Below are positions 39,901 to 49,977 of a stretch of 64,000 nucleotides of DNA, in pieces. Origin of the DNA: Pseudogymnoascus verrucosus. Taxonomy: Eukaryota. The notes under the pieces were generated by a model. The model saw only the letters and a program-made list of their open reading frames with translations, had not been told where the DNA came from and made no database searches. How positions within the stretch are numbered: position 1 is the first letter of the stretch; every line of letters starts with the position of its first letter. The translations under genes and the position numbers were made by a program. The stretch lies in assembly GCA_001662655.1 (NCBI GenBank), contig KV460213.1, one strand, 5' to 3'.

Positions 39901-40734
39901 AGACACGTCGGGCCACGTAGAGCTCCTGTCAAAGCCATCGAGACACTGAGCTCGGCTCCAGCTTTTCAGAGCTTCTTGCACGGCCGAGAGACTCCCAGGT
40001 AGCATCTGCAAATACACCAAAGATATCGATAGCTGAGGAAGACGCTTCACCACCGCATAACTGGGCAGCAGAGCGGTCACGAGCATTTGGGGGTCTGGAG
40101 CTGGTATCTTTGGCGAACTTGTCGATGAGGCTTGCAGCACTTTCCTTCTCCACCTGTGAGCCAACGTGGACACCCACGATGGCTCCTCTGTAAGAAGATA
40201 GAATTATGCGCCCTCCGCACGTTGCGTCGCTGCTGAGATAGTGGCTCAACTGCTCGGCGGCTGCAGCGACATCCCTAGCGGTAGCAGCGTCCTCAGAGGG
40301 TCCTTCGCTGTCCCACCATCCCAGCTGGACGTTGACCCTAGTCTGCAGTACACTATTGCCGCATGGCGTGGTTACAGCGGAAACCGTGTGGAACTTGTCG
40401 TCATTGGAGGTGGTATTGTAGGAGAGCTGCTGTCTTGAAGTGAGCTGTCCACCCCGAGCCGCCACTGCAGCTTCGGGATTCGAACAGGCCCGGAAGGTGA
40501 GGTGGGTATTGGCATCATCCACTGGGTTGTGGACGTTGAGGTCTAGCAGGAACCTCTCGTCACAGCGGGTCAAGACCCTTGTGTTGTGGTAGTAGGTCCA
40601 GTTGCCCGGATTTGGCCCTGATTTACTACATGGTAAGGGACAGCGAGACCGCTGGGCATCAAATGTCTGGCCGTGCGCTGAGCCGGACAGGAAGACCACG
40701 GACAAGACCGCCAGGCAGGATGTTATCCGCCTAT
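36910..40734 (-). pseudogene. Killer-toxin-like (subgroup C) GH18 chitinase with LysM and CBM18 domains; frameshifted
   Basis: Signal-peptide-like segment lacking an in-frame ATG; two LysM; CBM18 CPLNSCCDIWGQCG; GH18 DGLDFDWEYP; hydrophobic C-terminus; frameshifts near 39975, 39355 and 37675. Confidence 0.85.
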
Positions 40735-42115
40735 AGGGGTTCGCAAAAAGTGATTGAGACCCTATAGTTGTAAAACAAAATGAAGTCTACTCCCACAATC
40801 CGAGATGAGGGGACGACAGATTATTATAAGAATGAGTTTAGAGTGTGTAGGTCAAAGAAATTGTCTTCAGATCTGCCTGGTAGGAGGGGAGTGGCTTTGT
40901 ACATACTAATAAATGAACGCCTATATAAACTTCGTTACCCACAGATAGACATTTGATTGGTAGTTGCTGTTACTTGCTGTCGCTGTTGGGGGCAAAGTAG
41001 TCTAAGTCTGCTCTACTGTTCTCACAAGGTGCTTGTCCCTGTCTGCAGTTCCTAGCCGACTTTTAGACCACTTATTACATTATTATCGCGCGAACAGAAC
41101 AGAATACGACGTAACCTCTACCTATTTGTTATACAAAGTGATAACTTTGCCACAATCGAGACGGTGAAGTGCCTTGAGCAGCTGCCTAGGTAGGATATAA
41201 CTCCGACTGCACCACACTCCAACAATAGATCGTTCTGTCGCGGAATAAAGAATTGACATGTGTTCTGTAGTACTAATTGTAAAAGAGACTTCGGGCCCGG
41301 AGGCACAGCACGCCGAATTGCTTAGTATAGTAGTGTAGTGCTTAATGCTTGCTACTATCAGTCGCAAAGTACTATTCTCGGCCGGCCCCACCTTCTTGTA
41401 TGGCTTTACCACATTAGAGTGATTGGTGGCCCTGATTCTTTAACCCAGCATAATGTTTTTGCAAGCGTTTTCATTGTGACAGGATCTCCAGGCGTCCAGT
41501 TGGTCGAACTGGGATATTCTACGCTAGTCCTAAGGCATGAGGGACCAGCTAACCTTAAAAAGCCAAGATTGCCAAGTGTTTGGAGCTATCCACTCTAGAC
41601 CCAACAGTGACGGAAACGTCAGGGGCCACGATCGTCCATCGCGTGAGCTAATCCACTCTCGGGCCAACAGATTACAAGGGCCCAAGATTGCCAACAGCTT
41701 AGGCTAGTCTACTTAGAAGGTTAAGCCCACATCAGGTGGGACTGATAGGATCACAAAGGATCACTGAGAGCTTAAATAGTAGATATGCCCGACGTAATGC
41801 TGCTTTTAAGCCGACTTACGAGTTTTACATAGGTATATACTCGAAATTAGAGAGAAAGAAATAGGAAGGAGAAGGGAACGGAGAGTGTTGGTTCAAAGGG
41901 TTACGAGCAACGGCATCTTATTTGCACGAAAGAGAAGAGGAAAGATGTGCCTGCCTTGCCTCCCCCCTCTCCGCTCAACTGTTTCTCACTTCTGTCCGCC
42001 TCTCACTCTCTCCCCCTTATCTCAACCATCTCCCCCACTCCTCCCCTCTGTTCTATAGTCAATAGTAGCCTCCCCTTGAGAGACACTCGAGAGACGAACT
42101 CTCAGCACGCCCACC

Positions 42116-43285
42116 ATGAAGCTACTGTATCTCTTGAATATCCTGTTCCTTGTTACTCTAGGCCTCGCGTCCACCCTTGCCGGCCTCTACTAAACTGTCT
42201 TTTTCTGGCATGCCTATTAGTTGGAAGTGCTTCAGTATGGACCTAAATCAACTCTTACTGTCAAGGGCTGCAAAGGGTCAGCGGCTGGGGGAGGTTGCTA
42301 CGTATGTTATCCATGCCCCCTAAGATGCCCCCTAAGAGGAGAAGAGAAAAAGATGAACATATAGGCATTTTGCTGTACCCCGCTGCATTGTTCTACCTTG
42401 CCTATAATGTTGCAAAAGAAATAGAGGCTGATAAACCTACTTAAGAGTTTAATGAATTTATCAAGTATATCGAGAGAACAGGAAAAAAAACTGGATTCTA
42501 GGGAAGCACTAGTGTAGGCATGAACCTGACCCCCGATGTTCTGGACACGGTGAAAAAGCTCAACGCGGCCGGTTACAAGAACCAGCTTGAGCCTGGAAAG
42601 CTGCTCCCAGATAACTTCAACATTGCCGACTCACCAAACTTCCAAAAGATGATGGGACCTATTATGAACAACATCGACGCTACGCGCCTGGCCATGAAGG
42701 ACGAGACAGGAAGTATACAGCTTGCCAATATACAGGTTGCCTATAAGTCTTCACACTCTCAATATTTGTCTCCTCTCTTCTCCTTAGAGAAGATGGCGGC
42801 TGTGACAGTGATAGTGACGGTGACTGTGGCTGTGACTGACTTTGCGTATTGCAGTGAAAGGGGTCTTAGATGGCTGACTGGAGGAACATAGAGGCCAAAT
42901 GCTCGAGGCATTCAACGGGTTCAAGGCTAAGCTGGGGCTTACATTCACCAACGAGTTTTCGGAGCACACGGCCCTAGACGGCCATAAATACCAGGTTATA
43001 GATCCAGAAAAGATGGTAAAAAGTAACCCGAGCATCACGCAAAATATCAAGGGTTTGATTTCTGGGTTCCCCGCATAGTAAGGCCCCTGTCCTCCCTCAT
43101 ACGTCTTAACCGAACAAGTCATAGACTAGGGTTTACTATTCTGTATCAACTAACCATAAAACTATCATAGCTATAACTCGCTGGAAACAAAGGTAGACAA
43201 GGGCGCCAGCCATCTCAACGCCATCCAAGCCACTTAAGGCTTCATTATCTGGGTGTTTGACGACCCTAAGGTGTGTAGCACTTGA
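42116..43285 (+). pseudogene. Small secreted Cys-containing protein divergent from the chitinase; multiple premature stops
   Basis: MKLLYLLNILFLVTLGLA signal peptide; introns ~42302-42446, ~2 more to 43170; in-frame stops at 42191, 42218, 42499, ~42875 and 43235; ends ...HLNAIQAT*GFIIWVFDDPKVCST. Confidence 0.7.
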
Positions 43286-43779
43286 AAACGGGTGAATATT
43301 GGAGGTATAGACGGGATTCAAAGTTTCGTACAGGGATCCATATAGTAGATCATAGTGTAATTATATTATGTGGATGATTTGAGGGAGGCGCTGTCGCCGT
43401 CTAGTGATACTTTCATTTCTAGATCGGCGCCGTTGGCTTAATTGAAACCAAAACTATAAGCTTGAACGCGAACATATCGGTAGACGAGGTGGAGTAATAA
43501 TTCCGGTGCTAGATTAGAAGAAAGATTAGAAGAAAAGTGAAGATAAATATTCAAAGTCGTAATGGTGGTGGTGATCCAATCTTGGGTCTCTAAGTTAGTG
43601 ATTGCTCCACTTAACCCCGCCTACCGTTTGTCCCCAGGTCTCATCCTTCCTTCTTTAACATTCACGACGGCGACAATATCACTAGGCTATTTCTAAAAGT
43701 ATCACATAATTAACCAGAATTAGAGTACCGTCGTCTCTTTCTGCTACACGCCAACTTACACTCACCAGCACCCGGGGTG

Positions 43780-44973
43780 ATGACTACGATTAGCTCCACA
43801 CAACAGCAGCTGCCTGTACAATCATTTCCCCTATTCCCCCGGCTTCCTGTCGAGCTGCAGCGCCGCATCTGGGAGCTGTGCCTACCCGCGCGCATTGTTG
43901 AGCTGGACCTGCAAGGCACCGACATAGTTCCCACGTCGTGCAGCCTACAGCAGACGTCGCAGATCAACAGTCGCGCCTCGCTAGCCACCCGGATTTGTAG
44001 GGAATCGCGCAGCGTTGCCTTTCTCGCTGGCGCCACGGAGCTATACGACGACGACTTCCAGCGCAGCGACACCCCAGAATGGGAGGCCATGAACGACATC
44101 CGGGATCTCTGGGCATCCCCGCCCACTGACGTGCTGCACCTCAACTACTATGGCGCTTACGATGGCTATTACCATTGGAGCGGCAACCCGGTGGAGTTTC
44201 TGATATGGTTAGCCCGCCGTTACCACATGCGCATGTCTATTGTTGCGTCGTTACTAGTGGGATTTGGCGATACCGAGGGCGCCGAGTATTTGTTCGGATT
44301 CGACAAGAATTTCGACTTGCTCGCCGAAGGTGGCGGGCCATACTTGACCACCCTGTGCGTGGTTAGCCTGCACGTCGGTTTAGAATCTGCGCTGTGGAAG
44401 GATGGGGGGATGTTGTTTGGGCGCTTGGGAGAGGAGCGCGTGAAGCTCATTAAGGTGGGCGATAAGGCCGCGCTGAAGGCGTATTACAACCTCTGGGCCG
44501 CGGGGCCGGTCGAGGATCGCGAGCCGGAGCAGTTTTTTGACTTGGCCGTGAGTAGGCACGAATCCGAGTGGCTACCCCGAGTGGCGCAGTGGAGGCGGAG
44601 GCTACTAACAACGTGGATGAATCACTGCTGGGCGAAAGCGGAGGAGGCGAACGAACTTGGGAGCATCCAAGACCACCAGGGGGTCTGGCGTGCGCCGAGG
44701 AACAATGAGGGGAGGATTATTCCAAAAGGCGATTCGGGTCCCTTTTCACATTATATGAGGCCGGGGCCTGGGTTGGGCGGTATGAGGACGCGTGTGCCAA
44801 ACGAGGAGCATCCGTGGGTCGCGGGGGGATTGAGAGACATGCCGTGCTTCGAGCCGGTGGTCATGTTCCGGCTCTGCGAAGATAAGTGCTACGCTCCTAA
44901 GCCACAGCGTACGAGAGGTTTGGGAAGAGGAGGGCTGGGTATTAGGGGACAATCGTCGCGAGGTTCTGTGTAG
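43780..44973 (+). CDS. 2EXR-domain protein
   Basis: N-terminal SFPLFPRLPVELQRRIWELCLPARIVEL and ...ICRESR motif; intact 397-aa ORF. Confidence 0.78.
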   Translation: MTTISSTQQQLPVQSFPLFPRLPVELQRRIWELCLPARIVELDLQGTDIVPTSCSLQQTSQINSRASLATRICRESRSVAFLAGATELYDDDFQRSDTPEWEAMNDIRDLWASPPTDVLHLNYYGAYDGYYHWSGNPVEFLIWLARRYHMRMSIVASLLVGFGDTEGAEYLFGFDKNFDLLAEGGGPYLTTLCVVSLHVGLESALWKDGGMLFGRLGEERVKLIKVGDKAALKAYYNLWAAGPVEDREPEQFFDLAVSRHESEWLPRVAQWRRRLLTTWMNHCWAKAEEANELGSIQDHQGVWRAPRNNEGRIIPKGDSGPFSHYMRPGPGLGGMRTRVPNEEHPWVAGGLRDMPCFEPVVMFRLCEDKCYAPKPQRTRGLGRGGLGIRGQSSRGSV

Positions 44974-45159
44974 TGCTCACTGCAATTACAATCTGAGTAC
45001 GTAACTGTCACAACCGTTATTATTGCCATAGCGGTGAATATTATGTCGCTGTCCAATCGCCCGAATTTACTAAAACGTCGCTGTCCAATCGCTCAGCCCT
45101 CGCTCAGTCGTCGCTGCCTTCGCTGGTGTCTCTCAGTCGTCGCTCAGCTGTCGCTCAAT

Positions 45160-45330
45160 TTGTTGCGGGAAACGGACATTCCCGTGGGATACGGTGGGCT
45201 TTTACGCCCAAGATAACGGGTTATCCCCGTGGGACCGTCCAACTTCCCATTTGAGACAGTGGCTTCTAATGGTATGGCGCCACACATCCAAAACCCAACT
45301 GAGCCTCGAAAGCCCAACTTATCAGGGTTT
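45160..45330 (+). repeat. Subterminal block X, copy 2
   Basis: GGGAAACGGACATTCCCGTGGGATACGGTGGGCTTTTACGCCCAAGATAACGGGTTATCCCCGTGGGACCGTCC...TTATCAGGG. Confidence 0.8.
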
Positions 45331-45408
45331 TGGCCAAACTTCGGTGTTGATACGAAAATGACGCGAAAGCGAAATTGACGCCAAACTGACAGGAAAATGT
45401 TGCTTGGC

Positions 45409-45480
45409 CTCACTCACCCCGCTCACCCCACTCACCCTGCTCACCACCCGGCTCACCCTGCTCACCCCTCGCCTCACCCT
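45409..45480 (-). repeat. Right subterminal CTCACC array (7 copies; inverse of the left array)
   Basis: Copies counted directly; ~9 bp period. Confidence 0.9.
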
Positions 45481-45551
45481 TCAGGCGGCAAGGGGCAGCG
45501 ATTCCACGCTATGCCTATTAGCACGATTGGGACTATTAGCTAGAGGATACG

Positions 45552-45612
45552 CAAGCTTGTGTATGGCAGAGCGGACGGGATGCCCAATTCTCTGCCGTCT
45601 GTGATCGCACCC
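45552..45612 (-). rRNA. 5S rRNA gene, 5' half (interrupted, partly diverged)
   Basis: Minus strand GGGTGCGATCACAGACGGCAGAGAATTGGGCATCCCGTCCGCTCTGCCATACACAAGCTTG with the conserved CATCCCGTCCGCTC; joined to 31096-31158 gives 119 nt. Confidence 0.85.
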
Positions 45613-46450
45613 GCGCTAAGACCACCACTAAAACCGTCCCCCGTTGTCAGCCTCCCGCTTCCGTGTTCCCGCTCTTAGACCATTGCTGCATTTTACTTGC
45701 ACTGCCACTAGGCACGTCCATCTTTCCTGTGGCGACCCCCTAAGCGACCTAAGAGCGATTAAAAACGCGAAACGGTTGGCTAATTCCGAAATCTGCCTCG
45801 GGCCTCTCGAAAGGCCGCATCCTGTGTATCCGATCACGACAGCGGCTTCGTGGCAACGGGGGATGGTTGACTGTGCTTCGATGCTTTTTCTTGTACTGCT
45901 CATCTAGTTCTGAAAACTATCCAAGGCCTAGAGTCTATGTAACCTCTGATCTGACACTAGAGCCTCGTAACCGACAGCAACCCGACAAGCGCGAAAACCG
46001 TTGACTTGTTCATACTATCGACTCAGCTTGATCTCATCTAAGATTAGTTCTCTAAACTTCTTCATTCTCTAAGTTTTACCACGATTATACGTAGCTAAGA
46101 GTCTACACTCCTGACAAAATCTGTCGGACTGTCTCAAAGTCAGGACTAGGTGTGACAACAACATGTCTGAGGCCATGGCGCTAAACAGCCGTCAATCTGC
46201 CTGACAAGTGCAGCTATTTTCGTCGATATGCCTTGCCTTGCAGTTCGCCTTACTTTTACGTTTTACACTTTCGCCTCACCGAAGTGCACGCTAGTTCTCT
46301 ATAGAACTGAAGCAGTTGCAGAGCGTTATGCTACCTACATAAGTACTTTGGCTCGCCCACTGCCAGCGGCGGTCAAGTGCAACATCTTGATAAGTTCACA
46401 GCGCATGTACATTTTCTCACGAACACATCAGTGAGATGGCAAGGTCAGCC

Positions 46451-48491
46451 ATGACAACCACTTCAGAATTGACATTCCCGGTTAGCCCCGAGTTCGACCC
46501 AAAGGAGCGAATTCTGGTATGCTGCATCTTTATCTTGGGTTAATCCGACTTGTGCCCAGAGTGTTAATAGTTGTTTTGTGATATGTTAGGATCACTTTAG
46601 AGTGATGCGAAAGTTCAAGGGTATCTTTGACGACACAGAGAAAGCCGGCGCAAACGAGGCTCTTTACCCAGCACCTCCGCCCGGCGATTTAGGACTGGAA
46701 AAGAACGCTGGGTGGAGAGCACAATGCCTTTTGATGAGCGCCGAAATCCGCTACCCGATGTATTTGCAACTTTTAGAAAAATGGGTAACCGCTCACGGCA
46801 CTGCAACTAAGGATGAGTGGCCGCTCCCACCATGGTAAGATTGATCCGGATTCCAGAACTACTTCTATATGTATTCATATTGGAGTTTTTGCTTATTCTC
46901 CTATGGCAGGGACGTGGCCATCATATTCTATGCGCATCTTCTTTCACCATTCAACTTTCAGCGCGACATAGAATCAAATTTCCCAAAGCTCTGGCAGGCA
47001 GAGATTGAATTTCCATTGGCAAGGATGGCATCGTCCAACACAGACGAGGCCAGCAAACGCGCATGGATGAAAGAGTACCCCAAAATTCCTTACGATATCA
47101 TCGCGTTCCGTGATGGAGGCAGCCAAACATACGTTACTTCGAAGAACAACATGGACATACAAGGCTACATATGCCGCTCATGGAGGTGCAACAAGAAAAA
47201 GACCTATGCGATCCCCATGGCAGACTGGGCCAGATACAGAGTCGCACAGACTAGCCTCACATGTCCAGGCTGTAGAACGAGCTTCTCTAGATATGGACGC
47301 AATCTGCAAGACAGGGTGGTGCGGTATTCCCGCGAGGAGTTTGGATACCCAGTCTTCAACTTATGGGAGAGCCCACAACGACAGTTTTGCAAGTCAGGCT
47401 TTGTGGACCGCATCCTAGACTTAGACGAAACTTATATCCTGGCGCCATCTACCGTCTCCCGCTACCTGAACTTCTTGCAGCTCATGAAGGAGAAGCAATC
47501 CATACTGGTACCGACGCTCGACATTGACCTTTTCTGGCACACCCACCAACTCTCGCCGGCTGCCTACCACGCCTACTGCAAGAGGCACATAGGACAGCGC
47601 ATTAACCATGATGACACAATCCGCACGGGGATGCGTTCTACGGCACAAGACATGACGGCCCATCTCTGGACCATGAAATACAACGAGTCATACTTTGCTC
47701 CGGGAAATGATGCGAAAATGGCTGATATCCAACAGCAAAGGGATGCATGCAAGCAGAAGAAGCTCGACAATGTAAAGGCGCTGGCCGCTTTCGACAAAAA
47801 CAACAAGCATATAAAAGATGCGCTAGACAACGCCTACAGCAGCATAGTGCAAGAAGAATCTGAATTGCGTAAGGTACGAGGAACGGCACGCGCTATACAA
47901 TCGGAACTTACTGCCGCCGAGGAAGCCCGAGATGCCGTCAAACCGACAATACGACTGTTTAAGCGGCGTTACTACCGTGGGCTACTGCGATTCCAGGTGC
48001 AACGGCACGAGGGTACGTGCCGTCGGCTGAAGGAAGACTATAGACTCAGGCAGCAGGAGATTGAGAGGCTCGATAATATCATCTGGGATTCCACACTTCC
48101 AGAACAAGAACGCTGCCAGAAGGAGTGGGAGGTCGTGAAGGAGAGACGAGGTACGTTGGAAAAGTCGCTTCAGGCCAGTTTGGATCGAGAGACATTGGCC
48201 ATTGGACATCCCAAAGACCCCAAAGATCGGTATAACGGATCATGGTGTTCTATCGTGCCATCCGAGGTGCAGCACAATAATTTCCCCATTATGAGCCCAA
48301 GCCACATGCACACGCATGCTGGTCACAGTTCTGGCGGAGATGGAGGTGCTTTTGGTTTTGGTTGTGGTTTTGGCTGTGGAACTGGCTGCGGGAGTGGATG
48401 TGGTGGAGGCTGTGGGGGAGGCTGTGGGGGAGGCTGTGGCGGAGGTTGTGGTGGTGGTTGTGGGGGCGGTGGGTGTGGAGGAGGTAGTTAA
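46451..48491 (+). CDS. Glycine-rich domain-containing protein (GRDP/DUF1399-like) with coiled coil and (GGGC)n tail
   Basis: Motif RYLNFLQLM...LVPTLDIDLFWHTHQLSP; introns ~46518-46589 and ~46835-46909; Gly/Cys C-terminal repeat. Confidence 0.82.
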
Positions 48492-48716
48492 GCCGCGTTT
48501 GTTCGTTGCGATTCTGACGATTTACCATGCTATTTATGCCTGAAACGTAGTAATATCTTTATTGGCAAATTTGTACACAGATTTTACAGAATAGCTATTG
48601 CTGTGTTCCATTGTTCATGTCTAAGGCCGCGGGTGCTAACGCTGTGGTTGAGTTCGTGTCTGTTCAATTGGATGTTGTAAAGGGGCGTCACGTGAGGACG
48701 CCTTCACGTGCAGGAT

Positions 48717-49034
48717 TGTTGGGGGAAACGGAAATTGTTGAACTAGCAAAAGTGAATCAATCCACTTCTGCTGTAGTTCTTATAGTCGGTTTTATTACAA
48801 CAGAAATCCGCGTGGGATACGGTCGGTTTTTACGCCCAAATGACGGGTTATCCCCGTGGGACCGTCCAGTTCCCAGTTGGCTTGCGAGTGAGACAGTGGC
48901 GCCATACTATTGGAAGACACTGATCCAAAGCCCAGCTGAGCCCGGAAAGCCCAGTTTATCAGGGATTTGGGGGTTTCCCCCAGGACTACAAGTAGCGTAC
49001 GTAGGCCCGTAGATTAGGTTGTAATTCAATTGAT
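48717..49034 (+). repeat. Subterminal block X, copy 3 (with ~70 bp insertion)
   Basis: CGTGGGATACGGTCGGTTTTTACGCCCAAATGACGGGTTATCCCCGTGGGACCGTCC matches copy 2; GGGGGTTTCCCC...TAGCGTACGTAGGCCCGTAG...AATTCAATTGAT matches copy 1. Confidence 0.8.
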
Positions 49035-49977
49035 CTGTAGAATTCGTGTGTGGTCCCCGTATTCCGGTCCTCCCACCAACAGACAAGGATGATATCCAAG
49101 TCCACGTGATAACGTGATAATCCAACTGACTGACACCTCTCTGGACAATCAACTTCTAGACAGCCGATTTACCGTTTCCGGGATTTGGAAAGACGACTTC
49201 CAACATTGGAAAACAGAGGACTTTATACGATAATTGTAATACTTACTACAGTAGTTGTCTACCTTGCAAAGCGCTAGCTCGTACATCTTCCCGTTTTGCG
49301 ATGGCCGTGTACGTTTGGCCGTTTCGTGCGGTGGTGTTGTCAGATAAAAGCAGCATTGGCCTCAGAACCGTTCACGCGATACAGCAATTGGTTATCAAGT
49401 TTCCATCAACAGAAGTCTCAAAGTTGTTGCATTCAGCGACCATCTCCGGCAGAAATGCCCAATTCTCTTGAGTCTATGGTCGTATGTGATTGTTCTTTGA
49501 GTTTGGCACAATATAAGGGGTGATAGGTTGGGACGTCAATGTGTAGGTATAGAAGCAGAGACATCGTTAGGCGCCGGCAAGAAGGAGGTTAGGGTAGTGG
49601 CAAGAAGGAGCAACGACAGGAAGGAGCAAACGACAGCATAAGTAACAAAGGGGAGGGGTTAACACGGCGAGATCTAGATGCTGCGTCTAACAGTACCTGT
49701 CTCCACAATGCCGCTTGCGATCCCTTATCGAAGGCATTTTTGCACCAATCCCGCGGAAATTATCGAAGCCACAACATCTTCCATCCCCTCTGTGCCGCTG
49801 TGCCACCACGTTCGTCAGGAACAGGAGCTTTGTCGTGCACGATGTTGATAAAAAAAATCGCGTGAGCGAGTTTTGAATTTTATAAGGGTGGAAGCTTGAC
49901 TCAAGACCCAGGTAGCGCGAGGCCTATAGGTGGTGCAGGGGGGACGATGGCATTCAACAATGATATGCTGTCCCTAA

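Larger units (their letters stand above)
31159..45551. mobile_element. ~14.4 kb cargo-carrying element inserted in 5S rDNA (Starship-like, no captain seen)
   Basis: Flanked by complementary 5S halves with a CAAGC direct repeat (31154-31158, 45552-45556); imperfect TIRs; inverted subterminal repeats; accessory-type cargo. Confidence 0.8.

Noticed and set aside
36910..40734. Chitinase frame changes explained as introns
   Set aside because: Protein continuity resumes within 1-2 nt at each break, leaving no room for GT-AG introns
48985..49012. Block X end as a Helitron 3' terminus
   Set aside because: No clear GC hairpin plus CTRR end, and homology continues past it
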